Assembly: GCA_963716255.1 (NCBI GenBank)
Contig: OY970303.1
Location: 416,001 to 480,000 of the forward strand
Reading direction: 5' to 3'
Length of the DNA stretch: 64,000 nucleotides
Origin: an uncultured Gemmatimonadales bacterium
GTDB taxonomy: Bacteria > Gemmatimonadota > Gemmatimonadetes > Longimicrobiales > Longimicrobiaceae
The notes below the pieces were generated by a model. That model did not search any database, was not told where the DNA came from, and saw only the letters and a list, made by a program, of their open reading frames with translations. Of this stretch, positions 9,459 through 20,286 are shown piece by piece (positions within the stretch are counted from its first letter, which is position 1; the number at the start of each line of letters is the position of its first letter). Both the position numbers and the translations under genes were made by a program.

Positions 9459-10157
9459 TCAACTGTGCTCGTGGCGCTCCCACAGGTCGGGGCGCCGCTC
9501 GCGCGTGAGGCGCTCGGCCTGCTCGCGCTTCCAGGCCATGATCCTGGCGTGGTCCCCCGAGAGCAGCACCTCGGGGACCTTCATCCCGCGAAACTCCGCG
9601 GGCCGCGTGTACGAGGGCGGACTGAGCAGCCCCTCGTAGAATGAATCGGTGGACGCGGACTCGTGGTCCGACATCGCGCCGGGGAGGAGGCGGACCACGG
9701 CGTCCACGATCGCCAGCGCCGCGAACTCGCCGCCGGACAGGACGAAGTCCCCAAGGGAAACTTCCTCCGCGCCCAGCCCCTCCGGGACGCGCTGGTCCAC
9801 GTCCTTGTAGTGCCCGCACAGGAGCGTGAGCTCCGGCTCCAGCGACAGGCGGACCGCGTCGTCGTGCGTGAACCGCTTCCCCCGGGCCGACATCAGGAGG
9901 ACCTTCCCCCCCGGCCGGCCCGCTCCCGGGGCGGCGATCGACTCCACCGCCTCGAAGAAGGGGGCGGGCTTCATCACCATCCCCGAGCCGCCGCCGAACG
10001 GGTAGTCGTCCGTGGTGCGGTGCCGGTCGTGGGTGAAGTCCCGCAGGTCCACGTAGTCGTACTCCACCAGCCCCGCCGCCGCGGCCCGCGCGGGAATGCT
10101 GAGCCCCAGCGGCCCCCGGAAGAACTCCGGGAAGAGCGTGACCAGGTGGATCCGCAT
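9459..10157 (-). CDS. trmD: tRNA (guanine37-N1)-methyltransferase
   Basis: [51 protein letters not shown]. Confidence 0.98.
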   Translation of the reverse strand: MRIHLVTLFPEFFRGPLGLSIPARAAAAGLVEYDYVDLRDFTHDRHRTTDDYPFGGGSGMVMKPAPFFEAVESIAAPGAGRPGGKVLLMSARGKRFTHDDAVRLSLEPELTLLCGHYKDVDQRVPEGLGAEEVSLGDFVLSGGEFAALAIVDAVVRLLPGAMSDHESASTDSFYEGLLSPPSYTRPAEFRGMKVPEVLLSGDHARIMAWKREQAERLTRERRPDLWERHEHS

Positions 10158-10693
10158 CAGAGCTCCAGCAGGCCGGCCGGCGGGTCGATCTCCAGCTCGC
10201 GCCCCTCCACGTCCACGCGGCGGATCATCTCCGCGACGAAGGGGAGCATCAGCTCCCGCTTGCCGCGGCGCTCCACCGCCAGCATGTGCCCGGAAGGCGT
10301 CTCGTAGACGTCGCGCACCCGGCCTACCTCCTCCTCCCCGGCAATCACCCGCATCCCGACGAGGTGGTGGAAGAACACCTCCCCCTCGTCCAGCGGGGCG
10401 GCCTCCGAGGCCGGGATCAGCAGCGAGCGGCCGCGCAGCGCCTCCACCTCCGGCGTCAGCGAGGTGATCCCCGCCACCCTGAGGAGGAACCCGCCCTTGA
10501 AGGGGCGGGCCCGCTCCACCGTAATCGAGCCCCCGTCCGGCCTGCCCGCCGCGTCCCCCAGCAGGAGGACGCGCCCGGGGATGAAGACCGCGTCGGGACG
10601 GTCGGTCTCCACCCGGACGGACAGCTCACCCCGGATCCCGTGCGGCTTCTGGACCGTGCCGACCGCCAGGAACTCCGTCTCGCTCCCCGACAT
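10157..10693 (-). CDS. rimM: Ribosome maturation factor RimM
   Basis: VGTVQKPHGIRGE...LDEGEVFFHHLVGM...LPFVAEMI; position between rpsP and trmD. Confidence 0.95.
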   Translation of the reverse strand: MSGSETEFLAVGTVQKPHGIRGELSVRVETDRPDAVFIPGRVLLLGDAAGRPDGGSITVERARPFKGGFLLRVAGITSLTPEVEALRGRSLLIPASEAAPLDEGEVFFHHLVGMRVIAGEEEVGRVRDVYETPSGHMLAVERRGKRELMLPFVAEMIRRVDVEGRELEIDPPAGLLEL

Positions 10694-10716
10694 GGGGCGC
10701 TGCCCGGGCGCGGGGC

Positions 10717-11412
10717 TCAGCCCTGCGGCTGCTCGCCCTCGGCCTCGGCCGGGGCGGCCTCACCCTCGGCCTCGGCCGGGGCGGCCTCACCCTCGGCCTC
10801 CACCGGGGCGGCCTCGCCCTCGGCGGGCGCGGCGTCGGCCTCGGCGGGAGCAGCTTCGGCTTCGGCCTCGGCGGGAGCGGTCTCGGTCTCCGTCACGGCG
10901 GGGGCAGCCTCGGCCTCGGTCTCGGCGCCGCCCGTCATGCGCTCGGCGACCGCGCCGGCGGCGTCACGCACCGCCTCGACCACCGTGGAGGCCGCGCTGG
11001 TGGCGGTCTCCGCGACCGTGGAAGCCACGCTGGAAGCGGTCCCGGCGACGGCGGCGACCGCCGCGCTGGCCGTCTCCGCCACCTTGCCGGCCGCGCCCTT
11101 CACGGCGCCGGCGGCCTTGGAGGCCACCCCGCCCGCGGCGGCCACGGCGTCCTCGACCGCCGACGGCTCCTTGTAGACGCCCGCCTGCTTGAAGAGCGAC
11201 TGCACGGTGTCGGTGGGCATGGCGCCCTTGCCGATCCACGCGAGCGCCTTGTCCCGGTCCACGACCAGGGTGGCGGGGTTGGTGGTCGGGTTGTAGTGCC
11301 CCACGTTGGCCACGAAGCGGCCGTCGCGCGGGAAGCTGCTCTCCGCGACCACGATGCGGTAGTGCGGGGCCTTCTTACGGCCCATGCGGCGAAGACGGAT
11401 CTTCAGCGCCAT
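10717..11412 (-). CDS. rpsP: 30S ribosomal protein S16 with long Ala/Glu-rich C-terminal extension
   Basis: [37 protein letters not shown] aggag before ATG at 11412. Confidence 0.97.
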   Translation of the reverse strand: MALKIRLRRMGRKKAPHYRIVVAESSFPRDGRFVANVGHYNPTTNPATLVVDRDKALAWIGKGAMPTDTVQSLFKQAGVYKEPSAVEDAVAAAGGVASKAAGAVKGAAGKVAETASAAVAAVAGTASSVASTVAETATSAASTVVEAVRDAAGAVAERMTGGAETEAEAAPAVTETETAPAEAEAEAAPAEADAAPAEGEAAPVEAEGEAAPAEAEGEAAPAEAEGEQPQG

Positions 11413-11569
11413 TCCTGACTCCTGGTGTTGAACGGGTGGCGTCCAGCGCCGCCGGCTCCATGGCCGGCCCGGGTCGCGCGGACGATCGGCGGAGCGCGAA
11501 GCGCCCCGGTGCGGGGACACAGTCCCCAACTTCTCTTCCTGCCGTTTCTCCTTGCCCCCATCGAGCCGA

Positions 11570-12931
11570 CTACCGGCCGAAGGGCATTCCGCCGCCAAAC
11601 GGCATCTTCGGCATCCCTCCCTTGGGCATCATCCCCTGGAGGGCCTTCATCTGCTTCATCAGCTTCTGCATGTCCTTGAACTGCGCCAGCAGGCGGTTGA
11701 TCTCCACCACCGGCCGGCCGCAGCCGCGGGAGATGCGGGCGCGGCGCGAGCCGTTCAGCATCTCCGGGCGCTTGCGCTCCTGGGCCGTCATGGACAGGAT
11801 GATCGCCTCCAGGTGCTTCATCCGCTGCGGATCCACCTTGACGTTCTTGAGCATCTTGGTGTTCACGCCGGGGATCATCTTCAGCAGGTTCTCCAGCGGG
11901 CCCAGGCTCTGGATCTGCCGCATGGCGACCAGGAAGTCGTCCAGGTCGAAGCGGCCGGAGCCCATCATCTTGCGCTCCAGCTTGGCCGCCTGGTCCGCGT
12001 CGAAGCTGGCCTGCGCCTTCTCCACCAGCGACAGCACGTCCCCCATCTGGAGGATGCGGCCCGCCATGCGCTCGGGGTGGAAGTCCTCCAGCCCGTCCAG
12101 CTTCTCGCCGACGCCCAGGAACTTGATGGGCTTGCCGGTGACCCCGTAGATGGAGAGCGCCGCGCCGCCGCGTGCGTCGCCGTCCATCTTGGTGAGCACC
12201 ACGCCGGTGACGTCCAGGGCGTCGTTGAAGCCCTGCGCGATGGTCACCGCCTCCTGGCCCGTCATGCCGTCCGCGACGAACAGGATCTCGGCGGGCTTCA
12301 GCACCTCCTTGAGGCGCTTCAGCTCGTCCATCATCTCCTCGTCGATCTGCAGACGCCCCGCGGTGTCGAAGATCACCACCCGGTCGCGCTCGCGGATCGC
12401 CGTTTCCAGCGCGCGGCGCGCGATCCCCAGCACGTCCGTGGAGCCCGGCTCCGCGTACACGGGGACGCCCACCTGCTCGCCCAGCGTCTGCAGCTGCTCC
12501 ACGGCGGCGGGGCGATACACGTCGGCGGCCACCAGGCGCGTCTGCCGCATCTCGCGCTTCATCTTGCGCGCGATCTTGCCGGCGGTGGTGGTCTTCCCGG
12601 AGCCCTGGAGCCCCACCATCATGATGACGGTGGGCGGCGTGGGGGCGATGGCGAGCGCCGCGCGCTTCTCGCCCAGCATGGCCGTCAGCTCCTCGTGCAC
12701 CACCTTGACGAGCTGCTGCCCGGGGCTCACCGCCTTGAGCACCCGCTCGCCGAGCGCCTTCTCCTCCACGCGCTTCATGAAGTCGCGCGTGATCTGGTAG
12801 TTGACGTCGGCTTCCAGGAGGACGCGCCGGATTTCCCGGAGCCCCTCGCGGATCATGGGTTCGGTGAGCACCCCCCGCTGGCGGAGGCCGCTGAGCACGC
12901 CTTCGAGCTTTTCGCTGAGCTGGTCGAACAC
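11570..12931 (-). CDS. ffh: Signal recognition particle protein
   Basis: GTG start [41 protein letters not shown], Met-rich M domain. Confidence 0.98.
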   Translation of the reverse strand: MFDQLSEKLEGVLSGLRQRGVLTEPMIREGLREIRRVLLEADVNYQITRDFMKRVEEKALGERVLKAVSPGQQLVKVVHEELTAMLGEKRAALAIAPTPPTVIMMVGLQGSGKTTTAGKIARKMKREMRQTRLVAADVYRPAAVEQLQTLGEQVGVPVYAEPGSTDVLGIARRALETAIRERDRVVIFDTAGRLQIDEEMMDELKRLKEVLKPAEILFVADGMTGQEAVTIAQGFNDALDVTGVVLTKMDGDARGGAALSIYGVTGKPIKFLGVGEKLDGLEDFHPERMAGRILQMGDVLSLVEKAQASFDADQAAKLERKMMGSGRFDLDDFLVAMRQIQSLGPLENLLKMIPGVNTKMLKNVKVDPQRMKHLEAIILSMTAQERKRPEMLNGSRRARISRGCGRPVVEINRLLAQFKDMQKLMKQMKALQGMMPKGGMPKMPFGGGMPFGR

Positions 12932-13081
12932 GGTGCCGTCGGGTACGCGGGATGGCGCATACGCCAAAGTCGGCGCCCGCCGGGTGTCTCAGCCCGGAGG
13001 CGCCGATGTGGAGCCGTCTAATATAGGCCAGCCGCGCGTTTCCTACAACCCTGGATGGTGGGGGATCTTCGGGAGGGAACT

Positions 13082-13218
13082 GCGGGTTCGGGCGTGCCCC
13101 CGGCTGGCGCCGGGGTCGGGCTTCGGCTCCGTAACGCAGCAAACAACGCTGCGTAACGGAGTCGAGCCCCCGCAAACAGCCGCGCGGTCTCGCCCCTTCG
13201 GGCCGAAATCCCTCACGC
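13082..13218 (-). repeat. Structured ~135-nt intergenic repeat, copy 4
   Basis: Reverse-complement match to the consensus. Confidence 0.95.
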
Positions 13219-13233
13219 GGCATCGAGCTGGCG

Positions 13234-13752
13234 TCATCGGCAGTCGTGCACCTCGTCCTTGTCCACGAACCGCACGGCCCTCGCGGTGGCGGGGATGCGG
13301 ACGGCGTCCACCGGCTGGGTCAGCGCGCCGGTGACGGCGCACCCCGCGCCGGGTGAGCTCCTGCGGACGGTCGCGACGAGCTCGGAGCCGGTGTCGTACA
13401 CGGAGTCCACCACGACGCCGTGCCCGCCGCTCGACCGCTCGCCGAGCGCGGCCAGCAGCACGGTCTCGCGCGCAAAGTCGACGGCGGGGAGCGGCGGCTG
13501 CGGCGTGCGGGTCTGGTGGATCCTCGCCCACGCCTCGCGCCACTCGCCCTCGCTGCGCACCACCAGGCGCGCGGGAGCGGTGAAGCCGCTGTAGTATTCC
13601 AGGGCGCGTCCGCCGGTCCCGAAGCGGGTCACGGGGATGGGCGAGCCCTGCCCCTGCCGGTCCGCGCTCGCGTCGCCGCCGGTCAGCGAGGAGGAGGCGC
13701 AGCCGGCCAGACCGGCCGCGAGGGCGAGCGCCAGCACGAGAGTCCTGCGCAT
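13234..13752 (-). CDS. Lipoprotein with PrcB C-terminal-like domain
   Basis: MRRTLVLALALAAGLAGC lipobox; PAVDFARETVLLAALGERSSGGHGV...ALTQPVDAVRIP. Confidence 0.8.
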   Translation of the reverse strand: MRRTLVLALALAAGLAGCASSSLTGGDASADRQGQGSPIPVTRFGTGGRALEYYSGFTAPARLVVRSEGEWREAWARIHQTRTPQPPLPAVDFARETVLLAALGERSSGGHGVVVDSVYDTGSELVATVRRSSPGAGCAVTGALTQPVDAVRIPATARAVRFVDKDEVHDCR

Positions 13753-13883
13753 GGGGTCCTCCGCGGATGAATAGGGTTCGGCGTGAAGCGGGGCGCCCCG
13801 CTTCACGGTGACGGTATACGTCCGGTACCCATGACAGCACGGCGCGGTCCACCGGGCGGACGCCGCCGGTCGGTGCCCGGGAA

Positions 13884-15773
13884 TTACAACGCGGCGACTC
13901 TGGGCCCCGCGGTGCCGGTCCAGCCGGGGATGGCGTCGAACACCCGCAGCGCCAGCGGCACCTTGCCGAAGGGGGCGCTCACCTGCACCCCGGCGATCCG
14001 CGGGAGCGCCTCGCCCAGCATCTCCCGGGCGATGGCGATCCCCTCGTCCACCGCGGCCTCCTTGCCCACCTCGCTGGCGTGGCGCATCCGCTCGATCACC
14101 CGCTCCGGGACGACGACGCCGGGGACCTCGTTGGCCAGGAACTCGGCGTTGCGGGCGCTGACCAGCGGCCAGATCCCCGCCACCACCGGGATGCGGATCC
14201 CCTCGCGGTCGATGCGCTCCAGGAAGCGGAAGAGCTGCGCCACGTCGAACACCGGCTGGGTGATGGCGTACTCCGCCCCCGCCTCCACCTTCCAGTAGAA
14301 GCGCTTCAGCTCGTGCTCCAGGTCCTCGGCGCCGGGGTTCACCCCCACGCCGATGGTGAACTGCGTGGGCGCCCCCAGGGCGTTGCCACCGGGGTCGAGC
14401 CCGCGGTTCAGGCGCGACACCAGGTTGGTGAGGCCGATGGCGTCGATGTCGAAGACCGCCGTCGCGTCCGGGTACGGCCCCATCTTGGGCGGGTCGCCGG
14501 TGATGAGGAGCAGGTTGCGGAGCCCCAGCGCCTGCGCGCCCAGCAGGTCCGAGAGCATCCCCAGCAGGTTGCGGTCGCGGCAGCAGTAGTGCACCACCGC
14601 CTCGATCCCCACCCGCTGCTGGATGAGCACCGCCGTGGCCAGGGCGCCCATGCGGCTCTGCGCGCGCGGCCCGTCCGGGACGTTGACGCCGTCCACGCCG
14701 GCCTCGCGCAGGAGGCGGACGCCCTCCAGCATGGCCTCCGGACTGGAGCCGCGCGGCGGGACGATCTCCACCGTGGTCACGAACTCGCCGCGCGCCAGCT
14801 TCCCGCCCCATGCCGAGCGTTCCGCGAGCGGAGTGGGCTCCAGCCCCGCGTCCGCGGCCTGCTCCGGCTGCGAGGCGCTCACCCGCACCGAGCGGCCGGG
14901 CGCCAGCATGCGCACCGCGCCCGACATGCGGGTGATGTGCTCCGGCGTGGTGCCGCAGCACCCGCCCACGAAGCGCACCCCCTTGCGGATGAGCCGCGCG
15001 GCGTAGGTGGCCATGTACTCGGGCGACGCCATGTAGATGGTGCGCCCGTCCACCTCGCGGGGGAGCCCGGCGTTGGGCTGCGTGGAGAGCGGGTGCGCGG
15101 TGGCGGCGTGCATGCTCTCCACCGCCTGCAGCATGGCGCTGGGGCCCACGCTGCAGTTGAGCCCCACCACGTCGGCGCCCCACTCGGCCAGGCGCTCGGC
15201 CAGCGTGGCGGCCTCGGTGCCGAAGGGGGTGCGGCCGTCCTCGCGGATCACCATCTGCGCGACGACGGGGAGGTCGCACAGGGCGCGCACGGCGAGCACC
15301 GCCTGGCGCACCTCGTCCAGGTCGGCGAAGGTTTCCAGGACGAACAGGTCCACCCCGCCTTCCAGCAGCGCCTCGGCCTGCTCGGCGAACAGGGCGCGCG
15401 CCTCGGCGGCGGAGGTGGGCCCGAACGGCTCGATCCGCAGCCCCAGCGGCCCCATGGCGCCGGCCACGCACACGCGCTCGCCGGCCGCGGCGCGCGCGAT
15501 CTGCGCGGCGCGCACGTTGATGTCGCGGAGCCGCTCCTCCAGCCCGTACTTGGCCAGCTTGAGCCGGTTGGCGCCGTAGGAGTTGGTCTCCAGGATCTCC
15601 GCCCCGGCCCGGACGTAGGCGCGGTGGACGTCGCCCACCAGGTCGGGCTGGACCAGGTTCAGCTCGTCGTAGGAGCGGTTGATGTAGACGCCCCGCGAGT
15701 ACAGCATGGTGCCCATCGCACCGTCGAACAGGTGCGGGCGTCCGTCGTCCAGGAGCTCTCTAAAGTCGGCCAT
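13884..15773 (-). CDS. yitJ: Bifunctional homocysteine S-methyltransferase / methylenetetrahydrofolate reductase
   Basis: FDGAMGTML, GLNCSVGP, GGCCGTTPEHI; MTHFR half with HYCCRDRN, ITGDPPK, AITQPVFD. Confidence 0.93.
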   Translation of the reverse strand: MADFRELLDDGRPHLFDGAMGTMLYSRGVYINRSYDELNLVQPDLVGDVHRAYVRAGAEILETNSYGANRLKLAKYGLEERLRDINVRAAQIARAAAGERVCVAGAMGPLGLRIEPFGPTSAAEARALFAEQAEALLEGGVDLFVLETFADLDEVRQAVLAVRALCDLPVVAQMVIREDGRTPFGTEAATLAERLAEWGADVVGLNCSVGPSAMLQAVESMHAATAHPLSTQPNAGLPREVDGRTIYMASPEYMATYAARLIRKGVRFVGGCCGTTPEHITRMSGAVRMLAPGRSVRVSASQPEQAADAGLEPTPLAERSAWGGKLARGEFVTTVEIVPPRGSSPEAMLEGVRLLREAGVDGVNVPDGPRAQSRMGALATAVLIQQRVGIEAVVHYCCRDRNLLGMLSDLLGAQALGLRNLLLITGDPPKMGPYPDATAVFDIDAIGLTNLVSRLNRGLDPGGNALGAPTQFTIGVGVNPGAEDLEHELKRFYWKVEAGAEYAITQPVFDVAQLFRFLERIDREGIRIPVVAGIWPLVSARNAEFLANEVPGVVVPERVIERMRHASEVGKEAAVDEGIAIAREMLGEALPRIAGVQVSAPFGKVPLALRVFDAIPGWTGTAGPRVAAL

Positions 15774-15788
15774 CCGGATCCTGCTTCG

Positions 15789-16280
15789 TTAATCGTTTCC
15801 CTCAGCCGAGGGGAGGTAGCCTTTCGGCACGACGATGGGCACCCGGGCGGTCACCGGCACGTACCACAGCACCCGCCCCCGCCCGTCGAGCCCCACCTCG
15901 GTGGCCCCGTCCGGGGGAACGCATCCCACGCGGCCGCCCTCCTCCAGCGGATACACCCAGCGCTGCGCCGTCTCGCGCTGCAGCCGCGCCGTCAGCTCCT
16001 CCACCGCGGGCGGGGGCGTCCCGGTGGGGACGCGCCGGGACAGGTGATCCAGCGTCCCGGTGGTGCAGGTGGCCCCCGGCGCCCCCAGGAGCGCGCGCAC
16101 GCCGGCCGAGTCCGCCATGAGCTGCAGGTCCGCGACCCGCCGCTCGCGCCGCCGCTCGGGGCTCAGCAGGATGTACGCGACCACCGCGAGCCCCGCCACG
16201 AGGATGAGCGCCGTGACCCGCCGCGCCCCCCGCTGCCGCGTCCTCAGCGCCTGGTCGACCCTTCGATCTCGCGTAGCGAT
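15789..16280 (-). CDS. Hypothetical protein with one N-terminal TM helix; start uncertain
   Basis: GC3-rich ORF with VTALILVAGLAVVAYILL; the best RBS (ggagg) precedes an ATC codon at 16280. Confidence 0.6.
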   Translation of the reverse strand: MATRDRRVDQALRTRQRGARRVTALILVAGLAVVAYILLSPERRRERRVADLQLMADSAGVRALLGAPGATCTTGTLDHLSRRVPTGTPPPAVEELTARLQRETAQRWVYPLEEGGRVGCVPPDGATEVGLDGRGRVLWYVPVTARVPIVVPKGYLPSAEGND

Positions 16281-16417
16281 GGCTGCCTCCCCGCGGAGTG
16301 TTCGTCCCGCCCGCCCGGCACCCGCCGGGCGCGCGACATCATACCATGCTACGGCCGCACCATCTTCGCCAGAGGAACGGCGAGGGAACAGGGAACAGCC
16401 TGCAACGACAACGGCGA

Positions 16418-16540
16418 CCCCCTCCCCCGGCCCCTCCTTGCAAGGGGGAGGGGAGAACGGCACGACCGCGCCGGGGGTCCGGCGCCGCTCTCCCCCTTTC
16501 CCCCGCTTGCGGGGGAGAGGGGGCCGGGGGGTTGGGGGGC
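16418..16540. repeat. Two head-to-head palindromic REP-like units (cccct...cccgcaagcggg...gaggg family)
   Basis: cccctcccccggcccctccttgcaaggggggagggag and ctccccctttcccccgcttgcgggggagagggggccgggggg; same family at 31295-31345, 47807-47858 and 57494-57629. Confidence 0.8.
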
Positions 16541-16569
16541 CCACCCTCGCGGACGCCAGCGCAAAACCC

Positions 16570-16704
16570 GCGTGAGGGATTCCGGCCCGAAGGGGCGAGA
16601 CCCGCGGGCAGTTTCGCGGGGCTCGACTCCGTTGCACACAGTTTTATCGTGTGCTACGGAGCCGAAGCCCGACCCCGGCGCCAGCCGGGGGCACGCCCGA
16701 ACCC
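16570..16704 (+). repeat. Structured ~135-nt intergenic repeat, copy 5
   Basis: Variable stem gcacac/gtgtgc. Confidence 0.95.
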
Positions 16705-16728
16705 TCTGCCGTCCAGCCGTCCAAAAAC

Positions 16729-19700
16729 TCAGCTCGTGGAAAAATACTTCGCCGCCGGGTGATGAACGACCAGCGCCGCGGTCGACTGCTCCGGGTCCAG
16801 CTGGAACGCGCTGGTCAGCCCCACCCCGATCGTCTCCTGCACCGGCAGGATCCGGAACAGCGTCTCGTGCTGCTCCACGTCCGGGCACGCCGGGTACCCC
16901 CACGAGTAGCGCAGCCCGCGCGGCTCGGCGATCCCCAGCTCCTCGCGCACCCGGCGGTTGACCAGCTCCGCGGTGCCCTCGGCCGTCTGCACCGAGAACC
17001 CGTGCAGGAAGTACCCCTCGCTGTAGTCGCCGCCCTGGTTGCGCCCGGCGACGAACTCCGCGGCGCGGTCCCCGCTGGTCACCACCTGGAGCGGGAGGAC
17101 GTCCTCCGGGCCCCTGCCGTCCAGCGGGCGGAAGTAGTCGGCAAGGCACAGCTGCTCGCGGTCCTCCTGGCGCGGGAACGCGAAGCGCCCGATCTCGCGG
17201 GTGCGGTCCGCCGGGTCGAAGACCACCACCGCGTCGCCGTCGCGCCCCGCCGGGAAGTAGCCGTACACGGCGCGCGGGCGCAGCCACCCCTGCGTGCGGG
17301 CCTCGCGGGTGTAGCGGGCCAGGCGCGGCTCGAAGTCCTCGCGGACGATGCGGTCCCACTCCTCGCCCTTGAGGTTGCGGGCGCCCCACTGCATGCGGTA
17401 CAGCGTGTTGCGGTCGATGCACTCCACCACCGAGTCCACCGGGATGCGGTCCAGCACCTTCCACCCCCAGAAGGGCGGCGCGGGCGCTTCGACCACGGGG
17501 ACCGTGGGGTTCAGGCGCGAGGCGGGGCGCATTCCCGCGGCCTTTGCCTTGTTGGCCGCGTACTCCTCGCTGCGGCGCACCATCTCCTGGTTGTGCGCGC
17601 GGATGAAGTCGTCCGCGTCGCCCGCCGTGAGGCGGTCCATGGTGGACAGCCCCTCGAAGGCGTCCTTGCAGTAGAACATCCCCGACTCGTACGGGGTGCC
17701 CTCGGCCACCATGGCGGCGCCACGCACGAAGCTGGGGTTGATGGCCGCGCCGCCCACCAGCAGCGGGTACCGCATCCCGCGGCGGTGCAGCTCCTGCGCG
17801 CACAGCGGCATCTGCTTGGAGGTGGACACCAGCAGCGCGCTCAGCCCGATGGCGTCGGCGCCCACCTCCTCGGCCTTTTCCAGGATGGTGTTGACGGGAA
17901 CCTGCTTCCCCAGGTCGAACACCGTGTAGCCGTTGTTGGTGAGGATGGTGTTCACCAGCGACTTGCCGATGTCGTGCACGTCGCCGTACACGGTGGCGAG
18001 CACCACCTTGCCCTTGGTCTGCCCCTCGGCCTTTTCCAGGTAGTTTTCCAGCCGCGCCACCGCCTTCTTCATCACCTCGGCGCTCTGCAGCACGAAGGGG
18101 AGGATCAGCTCGCCGGCCCCGAACTTGTCGCCCACCTCCTTCATGGCCGGGAGCAGCACGTCGTTGAGCACCGGCACGGCGCCCTGCCGCTCCACCGCCC
18201 GGTCGATGAGCTCCTCGATCCCTTCCTTCTTGCGGTGCAGGATCTTCCAGTGGAGCGCGGCCTCGGGCTCCATCTCGGCCGTGGGGTCCACGGCCGAGTC
18301 GGTGTCGGCCGACTTGCCCTCGTAGAAGGCGATGAAGGCGGCGAGCGGGTCGTGGGCCTCGGTGCGGCGGTCCCAGATCAGGTCGTCGGCGAGGCGGCGC
18401 TCCTCCTCGGCGATCTCGAAGTACGGCTTGACGTGCGCCGGGTTGATGATGGCGGTGTCCAGCCCCGCCTCCACGCAGTGGTGGAGGAACACGGAGTTGA
18501 GCACGGCGCGCGCGTGCGGCGCCAGCCCGAAGCTGACGTTGGACACGCCCAGCGTGGTGAGCACGCCCGGCAGCTCGGCCTTGATGGCGCGGATCCCCTC
18601 GACGGTCTCCACGGCCGAGCGGCGGAACTCCTCGTCGCCGGTGGCCAGCGTGAAGGTGAGCGCGTCGAAGATCAGCGCGTCCGGCTGCAGCCCGTATTCC
18701 GTCGTCGCGATGTCGCGGATCTTGCGGGCGGCGGCGAGCTTGTCGCCCGCCGTCTTGCACATCCCGCCGAGGTCCTTGTCGATGGTCAGCGCGATCACCG
18801 CGGCCCCGTGCGCGGCCACCGCCGGGAGCACGGCGTCGATGCGCTCGCGCCCGTTCTCCAGGTTGATGGAGTTGACCACGGCGCGCCCCGGCGACTGCTT
18901 GAGCGCGGCGTCGATGGTCCCCGCCTCGGTGGAGTCGATGCAGAGCGGCGCCTCCACCCCCTGGGAAAGGAGCTTCACCACCGTGCGCATCTGCTCGTCC
19001 TCGTCCGGCCGCTCGGTGAGCGCGACGCACACGTCCAGCACGTGCGCGCCGCTCTCCGTCTGCTCGCGGGCCACCTCCAGCACGCCGTCGTAGTCGTCGG
19101 CCAGGAGGAAGCGCTTGACCTTGCGCGACCCCTGCGCGTTGACGCGCTCGCCGATCATGGTGGGCGCGGGCACCTGCACCAGGTCGGTGGCGCGGATCCC
19201 GGAGGAAAGGCGGGGGACGTACTCCACCTCGCGCCGCAGGGGCGCGGTGCCGCCCACTCGCGCCACCAGCTCGCGGATGTGGTCCGGCGTGGTGCCGCAG
19301 CACCCGCCCACCACGCCCACGCCCAGCTCCTTGACGAACTCCTCCAGCTGCGCGGCGAAGGGCTCCGGCGTCATGGGGTACACCGCGACGCCGCCCTCGT
19401 TGTGGGGGATGCCGGCGTTGGGGATGACGGAGATGGGGAGCCGGGTGTTCTCGGCCAGCCAGCGGATGGGCTGGCGCATGTGCTCGGGGCCGGTGGAGCA
19501 GTTGAGCCCCAGCACGTCCACCCGCAGCGCCTCCAGCGTCACCATCGCCGCGCCGATGTCGGTGCCCAGGAGCATGCGGCCGGAGGTGTCCAGCGTCACC
19601 TGCACCTGGAGCGCCACGGGCCTCCCCGCCTCCGCGATGGCCCGGCGGCACCCGAAGACCGCGGCCTTCACCTCCAGGATGTCCTGCGAGGTCTCGATCA

Positions 19701-20196
19701 GCAGCACGTCCACGCCGCCCTCCACCAGCGCCGCCGCCTGCTCGGCGAACACGGGGACCAGCTCGTCGAAGGTGATGTTGCCCAGCGTGGGGTCGCTCGC
19801 CGAGGGGAGGAACCCGGAGGGCCCGATGGAGCCGGCGACGAAGCGCGGCTTTTCCGGCGTGGCGAAGCGGTCGGCCACGCCGCGCGCCAGGCGGGCGGCG
19901 GCCACGTTGATCTCGCGCACCCGGTCGCCCAGTCCGTACTCGGCCAGGGTGATGCGGTTGGAGCGGAAGGTGTCCGTCTCCAGCACGTCGGCCCCCGCCT
20001 CCAGGTACGAGGCGTGGATCTCCTCGATGACGTCCGGCCTGGAGATCACCAGGTAGTCGTTGCACCCCTCCAGCCGCTCCCCGCCGAAGTCCGACGCGGA
20101 CAGGTCGTAGCGCTGGATGGAGGTCCCCATGGCGCCGTCGAAGACGACGACGCGCTGCCCGAGAGCCTGGAGGTACGGAGACTGGGTCGTGGACAT
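16729..20196 (-). CDS. metH: Cobalamin-dependent methionine synthase
   Basis: FDGAMGT, GGCCGTTPDHI, IGERVNAQGS, GDVHDIGK B12-binding motif, RYSWGYPACPD. Confidence 0.98.
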   Translation of the reverse strand: MSTTQSPYLQALGQRVVVFDGAMGTSIQRYDLSASDFGGERLEGCNDYLVISRPDVIEEIHASYLEAGADVLETDTFRSNRITLAEYGLGDRVREINVAAARLARGVADRFATPEKPRFVAGSIGPSGFLPSASDPTLGNITFDELVPVFAEQAAALVEGGVDVLLIETSQDILEVKAAVFGCRRAIAEAGRPVALQVQVTLDTSGRMLLGTDIGAAMVTLEALRVDVLGLNCSTGPEHMRQPIRWLAENTRLPISVIPNAGIPHNEGGVAVYPMTPEPFAAQLEEFVKELGVGVVGGCCGTTPDHIRELVARVGGTAPLRREVEYVPRLSSGIRATDLVQVPAPTMIGERVNAQGSRKVKRFLLADDYDGVLEVAREQTESGAHVLDVCVALTERPDEDEQMRTVVKLLSQGVEAPLCIDSTEAGTIDAALKQSPGRAVVNSINLENGRERIDAVLPAVAAHGAAVIALTIDKDLGGMCKTAGDKLAAARKIRDIATTEYGLQPDALIFDALTFTLATGDEEFRRSAVETVEGIRAIKAELPGVLTTLGVSNVSFGLAPHARAVLNSVFLHHCVEAGLDTAIINPAHVKPYFEIAEEERRLADDLIWDRRTEAHDPLAAFIAFYEGKSADTDSAVDPTAEMEPEAALHWKILHRKKEGIEELIDRAVERQGAVPVLNDVLLPAMKEVGDKFGAGELILPFVLQSAEVMKKAVARLENYLEKAEGQTKGKVVLATVYGDVHDIGKSLVNTILTNNGYTVFDLGKQVPVNTILEKAEEVGADAIGLSALLVSTSKQMPLCAQELHRRGMRYPLLVGGAAINPSFVRGAAMVAEGTPYESGMFYCKDAFEGLSTMDRLTAGDADDFIRAHNQEMVRRSEEYAANKAKAAGMRPASRLNPTVPVVEAPAPPFWGWKVLDRIPVDSVVECIDRNTLYRMQWGARNLKGEEWDRIVREDFEPRLARYTREARTQGWLRPRAVYGYFPAGRDGDAVVVFDPADRTREIGRFAFPRQEDREQLCLADYFRPLDGRGPEDVLPLQVVTSGDRAAEFVAGRNQGGDYSEGYFLHGFSVQTAEGTAELVNRRVREELGIAEPRGLRYSWGYPACPDVEQHETLFRILPVQETIGVGLTSAFQLDPEQSTAALVVHHPAAKYFSTS

Positions 20197-20206
20197 GTGC
20201 GCCTGG

Positions 20207-20244
20207 AAAACGAAAAAGGCCCCGCGACTGTAGGAGTGCGGGGC
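20207..20244 (-). terminator. Intrinsic terminator in the metH leader
   Basis: Minus strand gccccgc-actcctacagtc-gcggggc then ctttttcgtttt, about 10 nt before the metH ATG. Confidence 0.8.
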
Positions 20245-20286
20245 GTTGCTACCGGGTCACGATCCTGCCGGTAATCCGAATCCCGA

